DNA from: Candidatus Latescibacterota bacterium
GTDB lineage: Bacteria > Latescibacterota > UBA2968
Direction of reading: 5' to 3'
NCBI GenBank assembly: GCA_965198115.1
Contig: OZ240241.1
Location: 1,952,001 to 2,016,000, forward strand
Length of the DNA stretch: 64,000 nucleotides
Under the pieces are notes generated by a model. That model did no database searches. It worked only from the letters and a program-made list of their open reading frames with translations, and was not told the origin of the DNA. The translations under genes and the position numbers were made by a program. Shown in pieces: positions 32,851 to 42,941 of this stretch (within the stretch, counting starts at the first letter, position 1; the number at the start of each line of letters is the position of its first letter).

Positions 32851-34679
32851 CTCAGTCGCTCCAGCGTGTCAATCGTCGTTCTGGTACGATCCAGCAAGTC
32901 ACGCATGTCCGTTTCGGTCCCGGCGACCGACGCAAATCTCGCGAGATCGCAAGCCCGTAGGATGGACACGGCGGTCGCCGTCGCCTCGGGGTCGGCTGCT
33001 CTTTCCCGCAGGGCACTCTCTGCCTGATCGGGTGTGAGACCCCGCTCCTGCAGGTTCAACCGGTCGGCCAAAAAGGCCGACAGGGCCCGATTGATCTCGG
33101 AATGGAACGCTCCCGTATCTCCAACACCCATCAGTCGTTCGGCTTCGGCCAGCCGCTTCCGCGCGTGCCCCCGGCTCCGGCGTCGACGGGCATATGCCAC
33201 GTCCCCCGTCAACCGTCGCTGATGACGTTGCCACGCGAAGGCCAGCAGAAACCCGACGACAGGAACTCCCTGCAAGATCAGGAACCACCAGGACTCGTGA
33301 AACATGCTACCCTGATCGACCAGTCGATCCGCATCACCTTTAATATGTCGAATGTCCTCACCCAAGAGCCGGACCGACTCGCTCGACGCCATCGCCGTGA
33401 TGGCCTCCGGTTGAAGTGCGGACAGAACACGCAGCGAGATTACCTCGGCCCTGGCGATCTCGTAGGCTGCGGACGAAGGATCGAAGTAGGCCATCTCGAC
33501 GGGTGGCAGGTCGAGATCGCCTTCTACACTGGGGATAACGACGAACTCGAACGTCTTGTAACCCGTCACTGCACGACCGTCGAAACGGGTCTCGAGTGTG
33601 GTCTTGGGATCGTAGACCTTAAAGTGATCATTCAGGTCCAGCACCGGGGCCCCCGCAGAGTGCAGGTTGCCACGTCCGTTCACTTTCACCGTCAACGTGA
33701 CCGGATCGCCACGTCTCACCTCGACCGGTTTCGCGCTGGCCTCTAGTACGTAGCGCCCGACGGCACCCGTGAAGGATGCCGGAGCGGCTTTGGGGAGTGG
33801 CTTGACGACGATTGCCAGATCCTCGGACCGCACGGTCACCTGTTGTGTCTTGAACGGGTCGAACCCCATGAAATCATCGACATCGAACAGACTCCGTCGT
33901 CTCGACCGAACCGGTATGTCGCATTGAACTTCGAGCTGCTCGAGATCGTGCGTGCCCTCGGTCGTCGGGAACAAGGCAACCTTTTTGAGAGAAGATCGAT
34001 TGTAGGCCTGGCCGTCGACGACCGCCCGCCGTTGCTCCAGGCGACTCGCATCGAACACGGTTTCCGCCCAGAATCCCGTGAACGACGGGAGGTGGCCGTA
34101 GCGTACGTTCTGGAGTTGAAATCGCGAATAGAGATCGTAGCTCACGAGCACCTGCTCCCCGACAAAAACCGCAGGCCGGTCGGCCGTGGCCCGGATGAAA
34201 AGGTTCTTTTCGATCTCCTGAAGCTGGCGAGCGTTCGGTTGTGCCCCGCCCTGACGCGTGGAGGTCCGTGGCCTGGCGAGGCCCTGCACCGCCTCCACAC
34301 GCACCGGATTGGACTGGAACACGCGCCCTTCGTGGCTAAGTCGCACAGGACCCAGAACAAAGGTGCCGGATTCCCCTACGCGGAGCGTGTGTGAACGAGT
34401 CAGCGTTCGCGTCTGCGTCATGGCGCCACCCACGACCTGGATCGAGGTCGACGTCGAAGAGGACTGGCGGATCACCTCCACCTCGTCCGGCAAACCGAGA
34501 TCTATATCGGGTGAACCCAACACACGCTCTAACTCGATCACGACGTTGAACGAGAAGGGATCGTCGACCGCGACACGCGTTCGGTCGACGGAAGCCTGGA
34601 TATGGACAGTCTGTCCCACAGCCGGCCCCGTGAACCGCAGGAACAACAGGACCATCCAGATGACGCGCACGGTCACCAC
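32847..34679 (-). CDS. batD: BatD family protein
   Basis: Signal peptide, ASVDRTRV, VFVGEQVLV.Y, FTGAVG, YFDP, DIRHIK, C-terminal TM; operon context. Confidence 0.85.
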   Translation of the reverse strand: MVTVRVIWMVLLFLRFTGPAVGQTVHIQASVDRTRVAVDDPFSFNVVIELERVLGSPDIDLGLPDEVEVIRQSSSTSTSIQVVGGAMTQTRTLTRSHTLRVGESGTFVLGPVRLSHEGRVFQSNPVRVEAVQGLARPRTSTRQGGAQPNARQLQEIEKNLFIRATADRPAVFVGEQVLVSYDLYSRFQLQNVRYGHLPSFTGFWAETVFDASRLEQRRAVVDGQAYNRSSLKKVALFPTTEGTHDLEQLEVQCDIPVRSRRRSLFDVDDFMGFDPFKTQQVTVRSEDLAIVVKPLPKAAPASFTGAVGRYVLEASAKPVEVRRGDPVTLTVKVNGRGNLHSAGAPVLDLNDHFKVYDPKTTLETRFDGRAVTGYKTFEFVVIPSVEGDLDLPPVEMAYFDPSSAAYEIARAEVISLRVLSALQPEAITAMASSESVRLLGEDIRHIKGDADRLVDQGSMFHESWWFLILQGVPVVGFLLAFAWQRHQRRLTGDVAYARRRRSRGHARKRLAEAERLMGVGDTGAFHSEINRALSAFLADRLNLQERGLTPDQAESALRERAADPEATATAVSILRACDLARFASVAGTETDMRDLLDRTRTTIDTLERLR

Positions 34680-35452
34680 GCCTTCCCTCTATAACGCGGG
34701 CCGACCAATCGGACCTTCCGGCGTTTTTGGGCATCCGCTTCCCTGTCCTTCATGGCATCGAGCAGCCGCTCGGCCTCTTCCGGCGAGAGCTGACCCTCAG
34801 CGGACGTTCGTCCATCCTCGGACTGTCGATTCTGTTGTTCGTCGTCCACACGCGACTCCGGTTGCGGGGGTTGCTTCCCCTCCTGTTCGCCCGGGTTCGA
34901 CTCGTCGGATCGATCTTCCGGAGGTTGCTCGTCCTCGCCCGTTCGTTCTTCGCTGTCCTGCTGCTGATCATCGTCATTCTCGCCGCTCTCGCCTTCGTCC
35001 TGATCCTGCTGGCCCTGTTCGTCCAGCATGTCGTTGGCCAGCTCCAGATTGATCTTCGTATCCACCTGATCGGGGTTCAGGGTCAGTGCCTTCTCGTAGG
35101 CGTCGATGGCGCTTTGGAAATCCTTCTTCCTAAAGTGCGAGTTCCCGAGGTTGTGGTAGGCCGATGCCGCGAGGGCGGCATCTTCCGACTCAGCCGCCTG
35201 GGCGAACGATGCGATCGCCTCGTCGTAGTCCTCTTCCCTGTAGAGCGCATCGCCCACGTTATAGCGCAGACCCCGCTCTTCGGGCCGGTCCACTTGTGCT
35301 TCCCGATACTTGGAGAGGGCCTCGGCGAACCGGCCTTCGCCGTAGAGCACGTTGCCTTCCTCTGCCTTCTGTGCAACCGGGTCGAGGAAGGTGAAGCCGA
35401 GGGAGCAAACCGCACATGGCGCGATCAGCCACGCACGAACGATCCGGTTCAC
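34673..35452 (-). CDS. batC: BatC-like TPR protein with acidic Gln-rich tail
   Basis: YNVGDALY, YHNLGNSHF, AYEKAL..NP..K.NLELA, LSPEEAERLLDAM, terminal W. Confidence 0.82.
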   Translation of the reverse strand: MNRIVRAWLIAPCAVCSLGFTFLDPVAQKAEEGNVLYGEGRFAEALSKYREAQVDRPEERGLRYNVGDALYREEDYDEAIASFAQAAESEDAALAASAYHNLGNSHFRKKDFQSAIDAYEKALTLNPDQVDTKINLELANDMLDEQGQQDQDEGESGENDDDQQQDSEERTGEDEQPPEDRSDESNPGEQEGKQPPQPESRVDDEQQNRQSEDGRTSAEGQLSPEEAERLLDAMKDREADAQKRRKVRLVGPRYRGKAW

Positions 35453-36474
35453 GATTCGAACCTCCCCTGCCACGTCGCATCCTCCCGTCGTCTGTCCGAC
35501 AGGAAGCTTTCGACAATCAGGCACACGAGCGCCAACCCGAGGGGCCACTGATACCGATGACGATACTGGGACAGGGTCCGCGTGCCCAGGTCCTTCTTCT
35601 CCATCGCCGCGATCTGCCCATAAACCTCCTCGAGCCCGACGCCCCCACCTTGAGCGCGCACATACCCGCCCTGCGTCATCCGCCCGATCTCCTGAAGGGT
35701 GGACTCGTCGAGACGCGTCTTCACTACGTTCCCCTGATCGTCCTTCAGAAAGTCGACGTGTCCGTTCTGCCGTACGGGAATCAACTCACCCTCTTTCGTT
35801 CCGATCCCTACACAGAAAACACGAACACCGGCTTCGGCTGCCTCGCCGGCGGCTTCGATCGGATCGTCAGCGTGGTCTTCCCCGTCCGTGATCAGTACGA
35901 GCGCCTTGTGCTTGCGTTCATCACTCCCGAAGGCGCGTGTCGCCGTCCGGATTGCGCTCGCAATCGCCGTACCCCTCGCCGGGATCAGCCCCGTATCAAC
36001 CGAATCGAGAAACAGCTTCGCAGCACCGTAGTCGAGTGTGAGCGGACAGAGGACGAAACTCTGCCCGGCGAACGCGACCAGACCGATGCGATCGCCCTCG
36101 AGGCGATCGATGAATGACTCGATCTCGTAGCGTGCCCGCAAGAGTCGGTTGGGCTGAATGTCCTCGGCCAGCATGCTCAGCGACGTATCTAGTGCGACGA
36201 GCACGTCGACCCCACGTCGGTGTACGGTGTCCGTTCGTGACCCGAAACGGGGTTCGACAAGGGCCAGACACAGAAAGAAGAAAAACACCAGCATCAGGGA
36301 CGCCTTCAAGACCTGGCGTGGTCGACTCGTCGCCGATGTCAGCTTCCGCATCAGGACTGGGGCGCCGAATCGCGCCAAGGCAGCTGCTCTGGCACGGAAC
36401 GACCAGACGTAGAGACCGAACAACGCCGGCAGCGCGAGCAGATACCAAAACGCCTGAGGGTTCCCGAAGCGCAC
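35449..36474 (-). CDS. batB: VWA domain protein BatB
   Basis: MIDAS DTSLSM, PNRLLRA, PLTLDY, LITDGED. Confidence 0.88.
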   Translation of the reverse strand: MRFGNPQAFWYLLALPALFGLYVWSFRARAAALARFGAPVLMRKLTSATSRPRQVLKASLMLVFFFFLCLALVEPRFGSRTDTVHRRGVDVLVALDTSLSMLAEDIQPNRLLRARYEIESFIDRLEGDRIGLVAFAGQSFVLCPLTLDYGAAKLFLDSVDTGLIPARGTAIASAIRTATRAFGSDERKHKALVLITDGEDHADDPIEAAGEAAEAGVRVFCVGIGTKEGELIPVRQNGHVDFLKDDQGNVVKTRLDESTLQEIGRMTQGGYVRAQGGGVGLEEVYGQIAAMEKKDLGTRTLSQYRHRYQWPLGLALVCLIVESFLSDRRREDATWQGRFES

Positions 36475-37469
36475 TACGGAATCCTCCTCAACCGTGTATT
36501 GCCGAGGAGAGACTCGGTCCCCAGAAGAATCGCACCCGGCAGCAGCAGAATCGCGAACAGTTCTGAGTAGTTCACGTATTCTCGTGTCTTAATCTCCGTC
36601 CTCTCCATCTCGCCGATCTCCGCGTAGATCGCCTCCAGCTTTTCTTCGCTCGTCGCTCGGAAGTAGCGTCCGCCCGTCATGCTCGCTACCTCTTTGAGAG
36701 TGGCTTCATCGATTTCGACACGAACGCGAACGTTTCGCGGACCGAAAAGGCCTCCGTCGACGCGCCTCAGAATCTCCCCCTCGCTGCCGGCTCCGATGGT
36801 GTAGATACGCACGCCGACCGCCTCGGCGGCTCGCGCGGCCGTTGAGGGATCCACTTCGCCGCGGTTGTTCAAGCCATCCGTCAGCAGCACCACGACTTTC
36901 GACCGGGCGTCTGAATCTCTGAGACGGTTGACGGCTGTCGCGATGGCCGTCCCGATCGCCGTCCCATCCCAGTCCTCCTCGGCGATACGGACCTCCTTCA
37001 AGAAGTCGAGGAAAACTCCGTAGTCCAGCGTCAAGGGACATTGCGTGTAGGCCTCGCCCGCGAAGACGACGAGACCCAGGCGGTCGTTCACGCGGCCGCC
37101 GACGAAGTCAGCCACGACCTGCTTGCAGACTTCGAGACGAGACACCTTGGCCAGATCGGCGGCTTCCATGCTGCTCGAAGCGTCGATGGCCAAGACGATG
37201 TCGATACCCCGGCTCAGGATCTCCCGTCCCTCGCGACCCGATTGTGGGCGTGCAAGGGCGAGCGTGAGCAAGGCCAACCCGGCGCAACGCAGGATGACGA
37301 GAACGTGCCTCAGTCTAATGGCCGGGGACGGTACGATCTCGCGAAGGGCCGTGAGGTCCGAAAACCGAATGCTCCCTCGCTTTTGCCGCTCTCGATGCAC
37401 ATACCGGTAGAGGAGAACCGGAATCAGCAGGAGCAGGAGCAGCCACTCCGGATTCACGAATCGAATCAA
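36474..37469 (-). CDS. batA: VWA domain protein BatA
   Basis: LARPQ, GIDIVLAIDASSSM, GTAIG, LLTDGLNN.G. Confidence 0.9.
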   Translation of the reverse strand: MIRFVNPEWLLLLLLIPVLLYRYVHRERQKRGSIRFSDLTALREIVPSPAIRLRHVLVILRCAGLALLTLALARPQSGREGREILSRGIDIVLAIDASSSMEAADLAKVSRLEVCKQVVADFVGGRVNDRLGLVVFAGEAYTQCPLTLDYGVFLDFLKEVRIAEEDWDGTAIGTAIATAVNRLRDSDARSKVVVLLTDGLNNRGEVDPSTAARAAEAVGVRIYTIGAGSEGEILRRVDGGLFGPRNVRVRVEIDEATLKEVASMTGGRYFRATSEEKLEAIYAEIGEMERTEIKTREYVNYSELFAILLLPGAILLGTESLLGNTRLRRIP

Positions 37470-38407
37470 GAATCGGCCCCCTCTCCGGTCGACTCCTCGG
37501 TCCCCACAAAAGGCTTCAGATCCGCGTCGATTCCCCCCATGGCATCGAGCACGCGGATGAGGTCCTGTCGGGCTCTATCGGGTCCCGGCGCGAACTTCGC
37601 GAACTTGACCAAATCGGCCTCCGACAAGAATCCCTGAACGTCGACCACTCGACCAGAACCGAGGCCTGCAACAGACAAGTCGTCGCCCACCTCGTCAGTC
37701 GTCCGTTCCATGGCCTCCACACCCGTCCGGTCCTCCAGAAACCGTCTGAGCGCTTCGGACAGCGAGGTGTAGTAGGTCAGGAAGTCACCCGCCTCGACCA
37801 GGCCCGAGCGTCCGATTCTCCGAATTTCTTCGAACCAGTCGGGAGGCCGCGGAGGAGGAGCAGGAGCCGCTTTCTTCCTGAAAAAGAACCAGATGGCCGC
37901 TGCGGCCAGAGCCACGAAACAGCAAAGCAAGGCCCACGCCCACCACGGAATCCGTGGCTGGACCACAACAGGGTCGTGGATGTCCGTGATATCCTCGATG
38001 CCTTCCGGTTTGACACTCCCCACGATGATGTCGATGGATGGGGATTCGAGCCGAAGCGTGTCGCCGGCAGCACGGACGATCTGAACGACGGGAGGAGGAA
38101 TCGTATAAGCGCCCGTCTTGAAGGAGGTCAACTCGATCGTTTGTGTGATCAGCTGATCGCCGTCTACACGCGCGGAGGTTGCGCGCGGCGACTCCAGAAC
38201 TTCGAAGGTGGCCGGAAGCCTGAGGTCGGGAATGACCGTGGACGTATCATCGTGATGTCGACGCAAGTCGAGTCGGAGTGCGATCCGGTCGCCGATCGTG
38301 ATCGAATCCCGATCGACGGTCGAGGTGAATTGGAATGCCTCCGAAGCGTCGACGCTCGGGACCGCGACATTCAGAAGCAGACCGAAGAAGAGGAGTCGTC
38401 CCGCCAC
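37466..38407 (-). CDS. Bat-operon accessory membrane protein (BatD/DUF4381-like)
   Basis: Signal peptide, DSITIGD, DITDIHDP plus TM, YTSLSEALRRFLE..AMERTT.E, ADLVKFAK. Confidence 0.7.
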   Translation of the reverse strand: MAGRLLFFGLLLNVAVPSVDASEAFQFTSTVDRDSITIGDRIALRLDLRRHHDDTSTVIPDLRLPATFEVLESPRATSARVDGDQLITQTIELTSFKTGAYTIPPPVVQIVRAAGDTLRLESPSIDIIVGSVKPEGIEDITDIHDPVVVQPRIPWWAWALLCCFVALAAAAIWFFFRKKAAPAPPPRPPDWFEEIRRIGRSGLVEAGDFLTYYTSLSEALRRFLEDRTGVEAMERTTDEVGDDLSVAGLGSGRVVDVQGFLSEADLVKFAKFAPGPDRARQDLIRVLDAMGGIDADLKPFVGTEESTGEGADS

Positions 38408-38464
38408 GTCGTCTCTCGCCGATCAATCCTGTGAGATGGTCTGAATGGGTGCAGCCTGACAAGA

Positions 38465-39346
38465 CTACGATCGAATCTTTGCGGCGCGTGCCTTGAAGAA
38501 GTGCATCAGCGGATCGACGTAGGAGGATGCCGTCGTTACGTCGATCGTATCGAGACCGATCGACCGAAACAAGCGCGCCCGCTCTTCCCGATCGCCGGCG
38601 GAGCGAGCTTCGAAAGCCTGGCGGGTGGCAGGATCGGACGTATCAACCAGGATTTCCTCACCCGTCTCTGCATCTTCCAGCTCGACGATGCCAACGGCCG
38701 GCAGCACTTCTTCGCGAGGGTCCCTGACAACCACCGCGATCACGTCGTGCTTCCGTTTGGCCACCCTGAGTGCGGCTTCGTAATTGGCCGATCTGAAATC
38801 GGAGACGAGAAACACGACACTCCGACGCAGGGGAAGCCGATTGAGCGTGTCAAGTGTCGTAGCGATGTCGGTTCTGCGGTGAGCAGGCTTGAAGTAGAGC
38901 AGCTCGCGAATCACCCTGAGGACGTGCTTCTTTCCTTTTTTGGGGGGGACATAAACCTCGACTTCGTCGGTAAAGATCATCAGCCCGACGCGGTCGTTGT
39001 TCTGGATCGCCGAAAACGCCAGGAGCGCACAAATCTCGACGGCAATCTCCCCTTTCATCTGTTCGACCGTCCCAAAATCTCCCGATGCACTGGCATCCAC
39101 CAGCAGCATCACCAAGAGCTCGCGTTCTTCGTCGAATACCTTGACGAACGGATCCCCCACACGAGCCGTCACGTTCCAGTCGATCGACCGCACATCGTCG
39201 CCGGGTTGGTATTCTCGGACTTCCGAAAACGCCATGCCCTGACCCTTGAAGACAGAATGATACTCGCCCGAGAAAACAGTGTTAACAAGGTGGCGTGTCC
39301 GCAACTCGACCCGCCGGACCTTCTTCAAGATTTCCGCCGGAATCAA
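38465..39346 (-). CDS. DUF58 family protein
   Basis: GEYHSVFKGQGMAFSEVREYQPGDDVRSIDWNVTAR; TTG start overlaps moxR stop. Confidence 0.92.
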   Translation of the reverse strand: MIPAEILKKVRRVELRTRHLVNTVFSGEYHSVFKGQGMAFSEVREYQPGDDVRSIDWNVTARVGDPFVKVFDEERELLVMLLVDASASGDFGTVEQMKGEIAVEICALLAFSAIQNNDRVGLMIFTDEVEVYVPPKKGKKHVLRVIRELLYFKPAHRRTDIATTLDTLNRLPLRRSVVFLVSDFRSANYEAALRVAKRKHDVIAVVVRDPREEVLPAVGIVELEDAETGEEILVDTSDPATRQAFEARSAGDREERARLFRSIGLDTIDVTTASSYVDPLMHFFKARAAKIRS

Positions 39347-40338
39347 GGAACTTCCACCTGGTCGAGCACGCGGCGAACGACGTCCTCGGGGACCATTTCC
39401 TCGGCCTCGGCCTCGTAGGTCAGGATCACCCGATGACGCATCACGTCCATGCCAATGGCCTTGATGTCTTCGGGCGTGACGTAGCCACGTCGACGCAGAA
39501 AGGCGTGGGCCTTCCCCGCCCTGATGAGCGCGATCGACGCACGCGGTGAACAACCCGTCTCGATCAACTGTGACAGATCGTCCAGGCCTTCTACCGAGGG
39601 AAAGCGCGTGGCGTGTACGAGGTTCACGACGTAGTCTTTGATCTTCGTATCAACATAGACGCTGTCGACGACGTCACGCGCCCGGACGATGTCTTCGGGG
39701 CGCACGACGGGCCCGACAGACGGGGCCACGCCCGACCCCATTCGGTCAACAATGACTCGTTCGTCCTCCTTGGAGGGGTAGCCGACACGAACCTTGAGCA
39801 TGAACCGATCGACCTGCGCCTCGGGCAAAGGATACGTGCCCTCCTGTTCAATCGGGTTCTGTGTAGCCAGGACGAGGAACGGATCGTCCATGGGAAAGGT
39901 CGTGGTGCCGATCGTAACCTGGCGCTCCTGCATCGCCTCGAGCATCGCGCTCTGTACCTTGGCCGGCGCACGATTGACTTCGTCCGCCAGGATGAACTGC
40001 GCGAAAATCGGGCCTCTCTGCACCTCGAAGGAGCCCGTCGCCTGCTGGTAGACGAGCGTGCCGATCAGGTCGGCCGGCAACAGGTCGGGTGTGAACTGGA
40101 TTCGCCTGAAACTGGCCTGGACCGTCGCCGCAAGCGTACTGATCGTGAGGGTTTTCGCGAGCCCCGGAACGCCCTCGAGAAGAATGTGACCGTTGCACAG
40201 CAGACCGACGAGGAGGCGCTCGAGCACGGGCTGCTGCCCGACGATCACCTTCCCCACTTCAGAAACGATCCTTTCGATGAACGCACTTTCGGCGGCAACA
40301 CGCTCGTTGATCGCATCAATGTCAGCCGAAACCGTCAT
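39343..40338 (-). CDS. moxR: MoxR-family AAA+ ATPase
   Basis: LEGVPGLAKT, RIQFTPDLLPADLIG, ADEVNRAPAKVQSA, ATQNPIEQEGTYPLPEAQVDRF. Confidence 0.95.
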   Translation of the reverse strand: MTVSADIDAINERVAAESAFIERIVSEVGKVIVGQQPVLERLLVGLLCNGHILLEGVPGLAKTLTISTLAATVQASFRRIQFTPDLLPADLIGTLVYQQATGSFEVQRGPIFAQFILADEVNRAPAKVQSAMLEAMQERQVTIGTTTFPMDDPFLVLATQNPIEQEGTYPLPEAQVDRFMLKVRVGYPSKEDERVIVDRMGSGVAPSVGPVVRPEDIVRARDVVDSVYVDTKIKDYVVNLVHATRFPSVEGLDDLSQLIETGCSPRASIALIRAGKAHAFLRRRGYVTPEDIKAIGMDVMRHRVILTYEAEAEEMVPEDVVRRVLDQVEVP

Positions 40339-40351
40339 GTGCCCACCGCCA

Positions 40352-40825
40352 TCACGATGAAACCGAGTCGATCCACGCTTCGAGGGGCTTGTCAATATTC
40401 TCGACCGAAATCGTCGCATCATCGACGAGGACCGACTGGGGGTAGTTGTCGATGACCATTTGGTAGGCTTCTACGGCGGCCTCCTTCCGTCCGGCCAGGT
40501 CGTGAATGTAGCCGATCATGAACTGAGCCTGATCGACATAGCGGCTTCGGGGAAACCGATCGATTAGGCTCTGATAGGCTGAAATCGCCCGATCGCCTTC
40601 ACCCTGCGCCTGATAGACACGCGCTAGCGCCTGCAAGGCGACGTCGGCCCGTGGATCTGCGGGGAAGACTTCGATGAAACGGGTCAGGTGAGTGACCGCT
40701 TCGGGATAGTCCTCGACATCGTGGGTCGCACGCTCACCTTGTCGAAAAAGTTCATCTGCTGATTCCTGAGCACAGCCAGGAGCCAGAACGTACAATACGG
40801 CCATACCCCAGAAGATCGCCCTCAT
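40352..40825 (-). CDS. TPR lipoprotein (BamD/YbgF-like repeats)
   Basis: Lipobox LAPGC; repeats Y..LI..FP.S....AQFMIG. Confidence 0.75.
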   Translation of the reverse strand: MRAIFWGMAVLYVLAPGCAQESADELFRQGERATHDVEDYPEAVTHLTRFIEVFPADPRADVALQALARVYQAQGEGDRAISAYQSLIDRFPRSRYVDQAQFMIGYIHDLAGRKEAAVEAYQMVIDNYPQSVLVDDATISVENIDKPLEAWIDSVSS

Positions 40826-40908
40826 GACCGATCTGACGCCTCCTTCGTGACGTTTACACAGTAAAACGCGACGGACCGCTTCGGGTTCCGCGGTCGTGAA
40901 TGTGTGGC

Positions 40909-41229
40909 CTACCCTGCAGCGGCCTTCCCCGAACCTTTTTTCGATTTGTTCGATTTCTTGTCGCTCGACTTCAACTCTGACTTCGATCCATCGGACGCCC
41001 CGGACCCACTACCCGAATCGGCCTTGGCCCCGGCTTTGTAGCTGTCGCTCCGATAGTCGGTGATGTAGAACCCAGAACCCTTGAAGATGAGGCCGGACCC
41101 CCCGCCGATTAACCGCTGGAGCTTCATACGACCGCATTCCGGGCACTTTTTGAGCGGTTTTGCCGTGATCGATTGAAACTCATCGAATCGATGCTCGCAG
41201 TTCTGGCACTCATACTCGTAGGTCGGCAT
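40909..41229 (-). CDS. FmdB-family zinc ribbon protein
   Basis: MPTYEYECQNC...CPECG...FKGSGFYITDY. Confidence 0.92.
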   Translation of the reverse strand: MPTYEYECQNCEHRFDEFQSITAKPLKKCPECGRMKLQRLIGGGSGLIFKGSGFYITDYRSDSYKAGAKADSGSGSGASDGSKSELKSSDKKSNKSKKGSGKAAAG

Positions 41230-41268
41230 GAATCATCTCCGATCGGCGCAGGGGGGACGAAGCGAAAT

Positions 41269-41297
41269 AATCTATGCCAGACGTTCCGAGCCGTCAA
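41269..41297 (-). promoter_or_regulatory. Sigma70-type promoter (fmdB-moxR-bat direction)
   Basis: TTGACG, 17 bp spacer, TAGATT. Confidence 0.65.
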
Positions 41298-41387
41298 GCC
41301 CTATACTTAACTTCTTTGGAGACAAGTGGTTGAGACCGTTTTCCCCGTGTCCTGGGCAGGCCCGTACAGCTTTAGGGGCCTTTTCTC

Positions 41388-41416
41388 TTGACACCGAAAT
41401 CTGCCGAACGTAAATT
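41388..41416 (+). promoter_or_regulatory. Sigma70-type promoter of ParA-like gene
   Basis: TTGACA (41388), 17 bp spacer, TAAATT (41411). Confidence 0.72.
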
Positions 41417-41498
41417 GCGCAATATCAACAAGTTCTATTCATTCGGTCCACTGCAACACGTCCACTTCTGATCAACCCCTGTCAGGAGCCCGATCGCC

Positions 41499-42941
41499 AT
41501 GGCCAAGGCCAGCGATGAGGGCGGTGCCGTTCCCACGGGCGGCTCCGACCGATCCGACAACGGATCCCCGCTGAAGAACGATCGAGATCGACACACGATC
41601 GAGATCCGACTGCCACGCGAGAGCCTCGACCTGACCTTCCAGGTCGCGTCCCAAGCCACCGACAGCAGCTGCAAACTGATCGCCTTCCTGTCGCCCAAGG
41701 GCGGATCGGGAAAGACGGTTCTGGGAACCAACCTCAGCAAGGTCCTCCTCCTCGACGCGGACTTCGCTACCAAGAGCCTGACGAATCTGATTTTTCCAGG
41801 TCGGAAAGTCATCGCGGAAAGCCGCACTTCCTACTACAAAGCCCTTCTCGGTCTGGACGGGCTACGAATCGAAAACTGGCTAGAAGGTCTCGAAGCGGCC
41901 GTCTTGAATATCGACAAGACTTCCTCGGGCAAAGAAATCGACATCCTGCCATCCTACTACTCCAAAGAGCAACAGTCCAACATCAACAACAGCCTGTTCC
42001 TCCGCGAGTATCGCAGTCACAACCTGAGCTACGTCGTCGAGCGATTCAGTCTTCTCATCGGGGCACTCAAGGCCCTCAACCGATACGACTACATCATCGT
42101 AGACTGCGCTTCGGCCTTCGACGATATCGGTCTGGCAGCCGCCATTCTGTCTCCGTTCGTGGTCGTTGTATCCGAAGCCGACGACATTTCGTTCGAGGCT
42201 ATGGACGAAACGCTCGGCTACACGATTTCGTTCGCCATGTCGAACACCAAAGACGGCGATTACAACATCAAGCAGCCGTTCATTGCGCTGAACAAGGACC
42301 CTCACCTCCGTCCTGGCGAGAAAACGAGCCGCCGTGCCGCCTTCCACTGTAAATACATTCCTGACATCCACAAGAGTTTTGGAAAACGATCGTTCCTGGT
42401 CCCTGACCTGATCGAAGACGTGGAATTCGAGTACCAACTCTACAGACTCTGGCGACGTATTTCGGAATGGAGCACGAACCCGGAGGAGACCTTTACCGAG
42501 TCGGCCTACCAGCGCGTGCTCCAGCTCGAAAAGATCCGTAACCAGCAGATCGAACGTTACTGGAACGCCGACCTTCAGTATCGCAAGCGCGACGTGATGT
42601 TCGGTTTGACCGTTTTGCTGATCGTCTCGGGCTGGATCGGGGTGTTCGGTTTCCTCCAGCCTCCGTTCAACGCACTCACCGCTGCCAGCAGCGGAATGGG
42701 TATCTTTCTGTCATCGGTCGTCCTCTACCGTGTCTGGGAATACTTCGAGAAGGGAATCCGGGCACTCAAACACGAGCTCTACATCGACGTGAAGGAAACG
42801 TCCGAGGAACATCGACACTTCGTCCACGGTCTGGGCAACCTGATCAAGGCCCGCGAAAACAGTCACGAGACGCCGGCCGCAGCCACCAACGGGGCTCAGA
42901 GCGCGGAAAAAGAGGAGAAGCGCGAGTCGTTATCGGCCTGA
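41499..42941 (+). CDS. ParA/MinD-like ATPase with two C-terminal TM helices
   Basis: Deviant Walker A KGGSGKT, LLDAD, YDYIIVDC, LNK; two hydrophobic segments in the C-terminal third. Confidence 0.75.
   Translation: MAKASDEGGAVPTGGSDRSDNGSPLKNDRDRHTIEIRLPRESLDLTFQVASQATDSSCKLIAFLSPKGGSGKTVLGTNLSKVLLLDADFATKSLTNLIFPGRKVIAESRTSYYKALLGLDGLRIENWLEGLEAAVLNIDKTSSGKEIDILPSYYSKEQQSNINNSLFLREYRSHNLSYVVERFSLLIGALKALNRYDYIIVDCASAFDDIGLAAAILSPFVVVVSEADDISFEAMDETLGYTISFAMSNTKDGDYNIKQPFIALNKDPHLRPGEKTSRRAAFHCKYIPDIHKSFGKRSFLVPDLIEDVEFEYQLYRLWRRISEWSTNPEETFTESAYQRVLQLEKIRNQQIERYWNADLQYRKRDVMFGLTVLLIVSGWIGVFGFLQPPFNALTAASSGMGIFLSSVVLYRVWEYFEKGIRALKHELYIDVKETSEEHRHFVHGLGNLIKARENSHETPAAATNGAQSAEKEEKRESLSA

Noticed and set aside
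34860-35030. Low-complexity repeat-like stretch
   Set aside because: Encodes the usual acidic Gln-rich linker of BatC
32107-40338. MoxR-DUF58-BatABCDE cluster as a novel system
   Set aside because: Well-described Bat operon architecture, intact and ordinary
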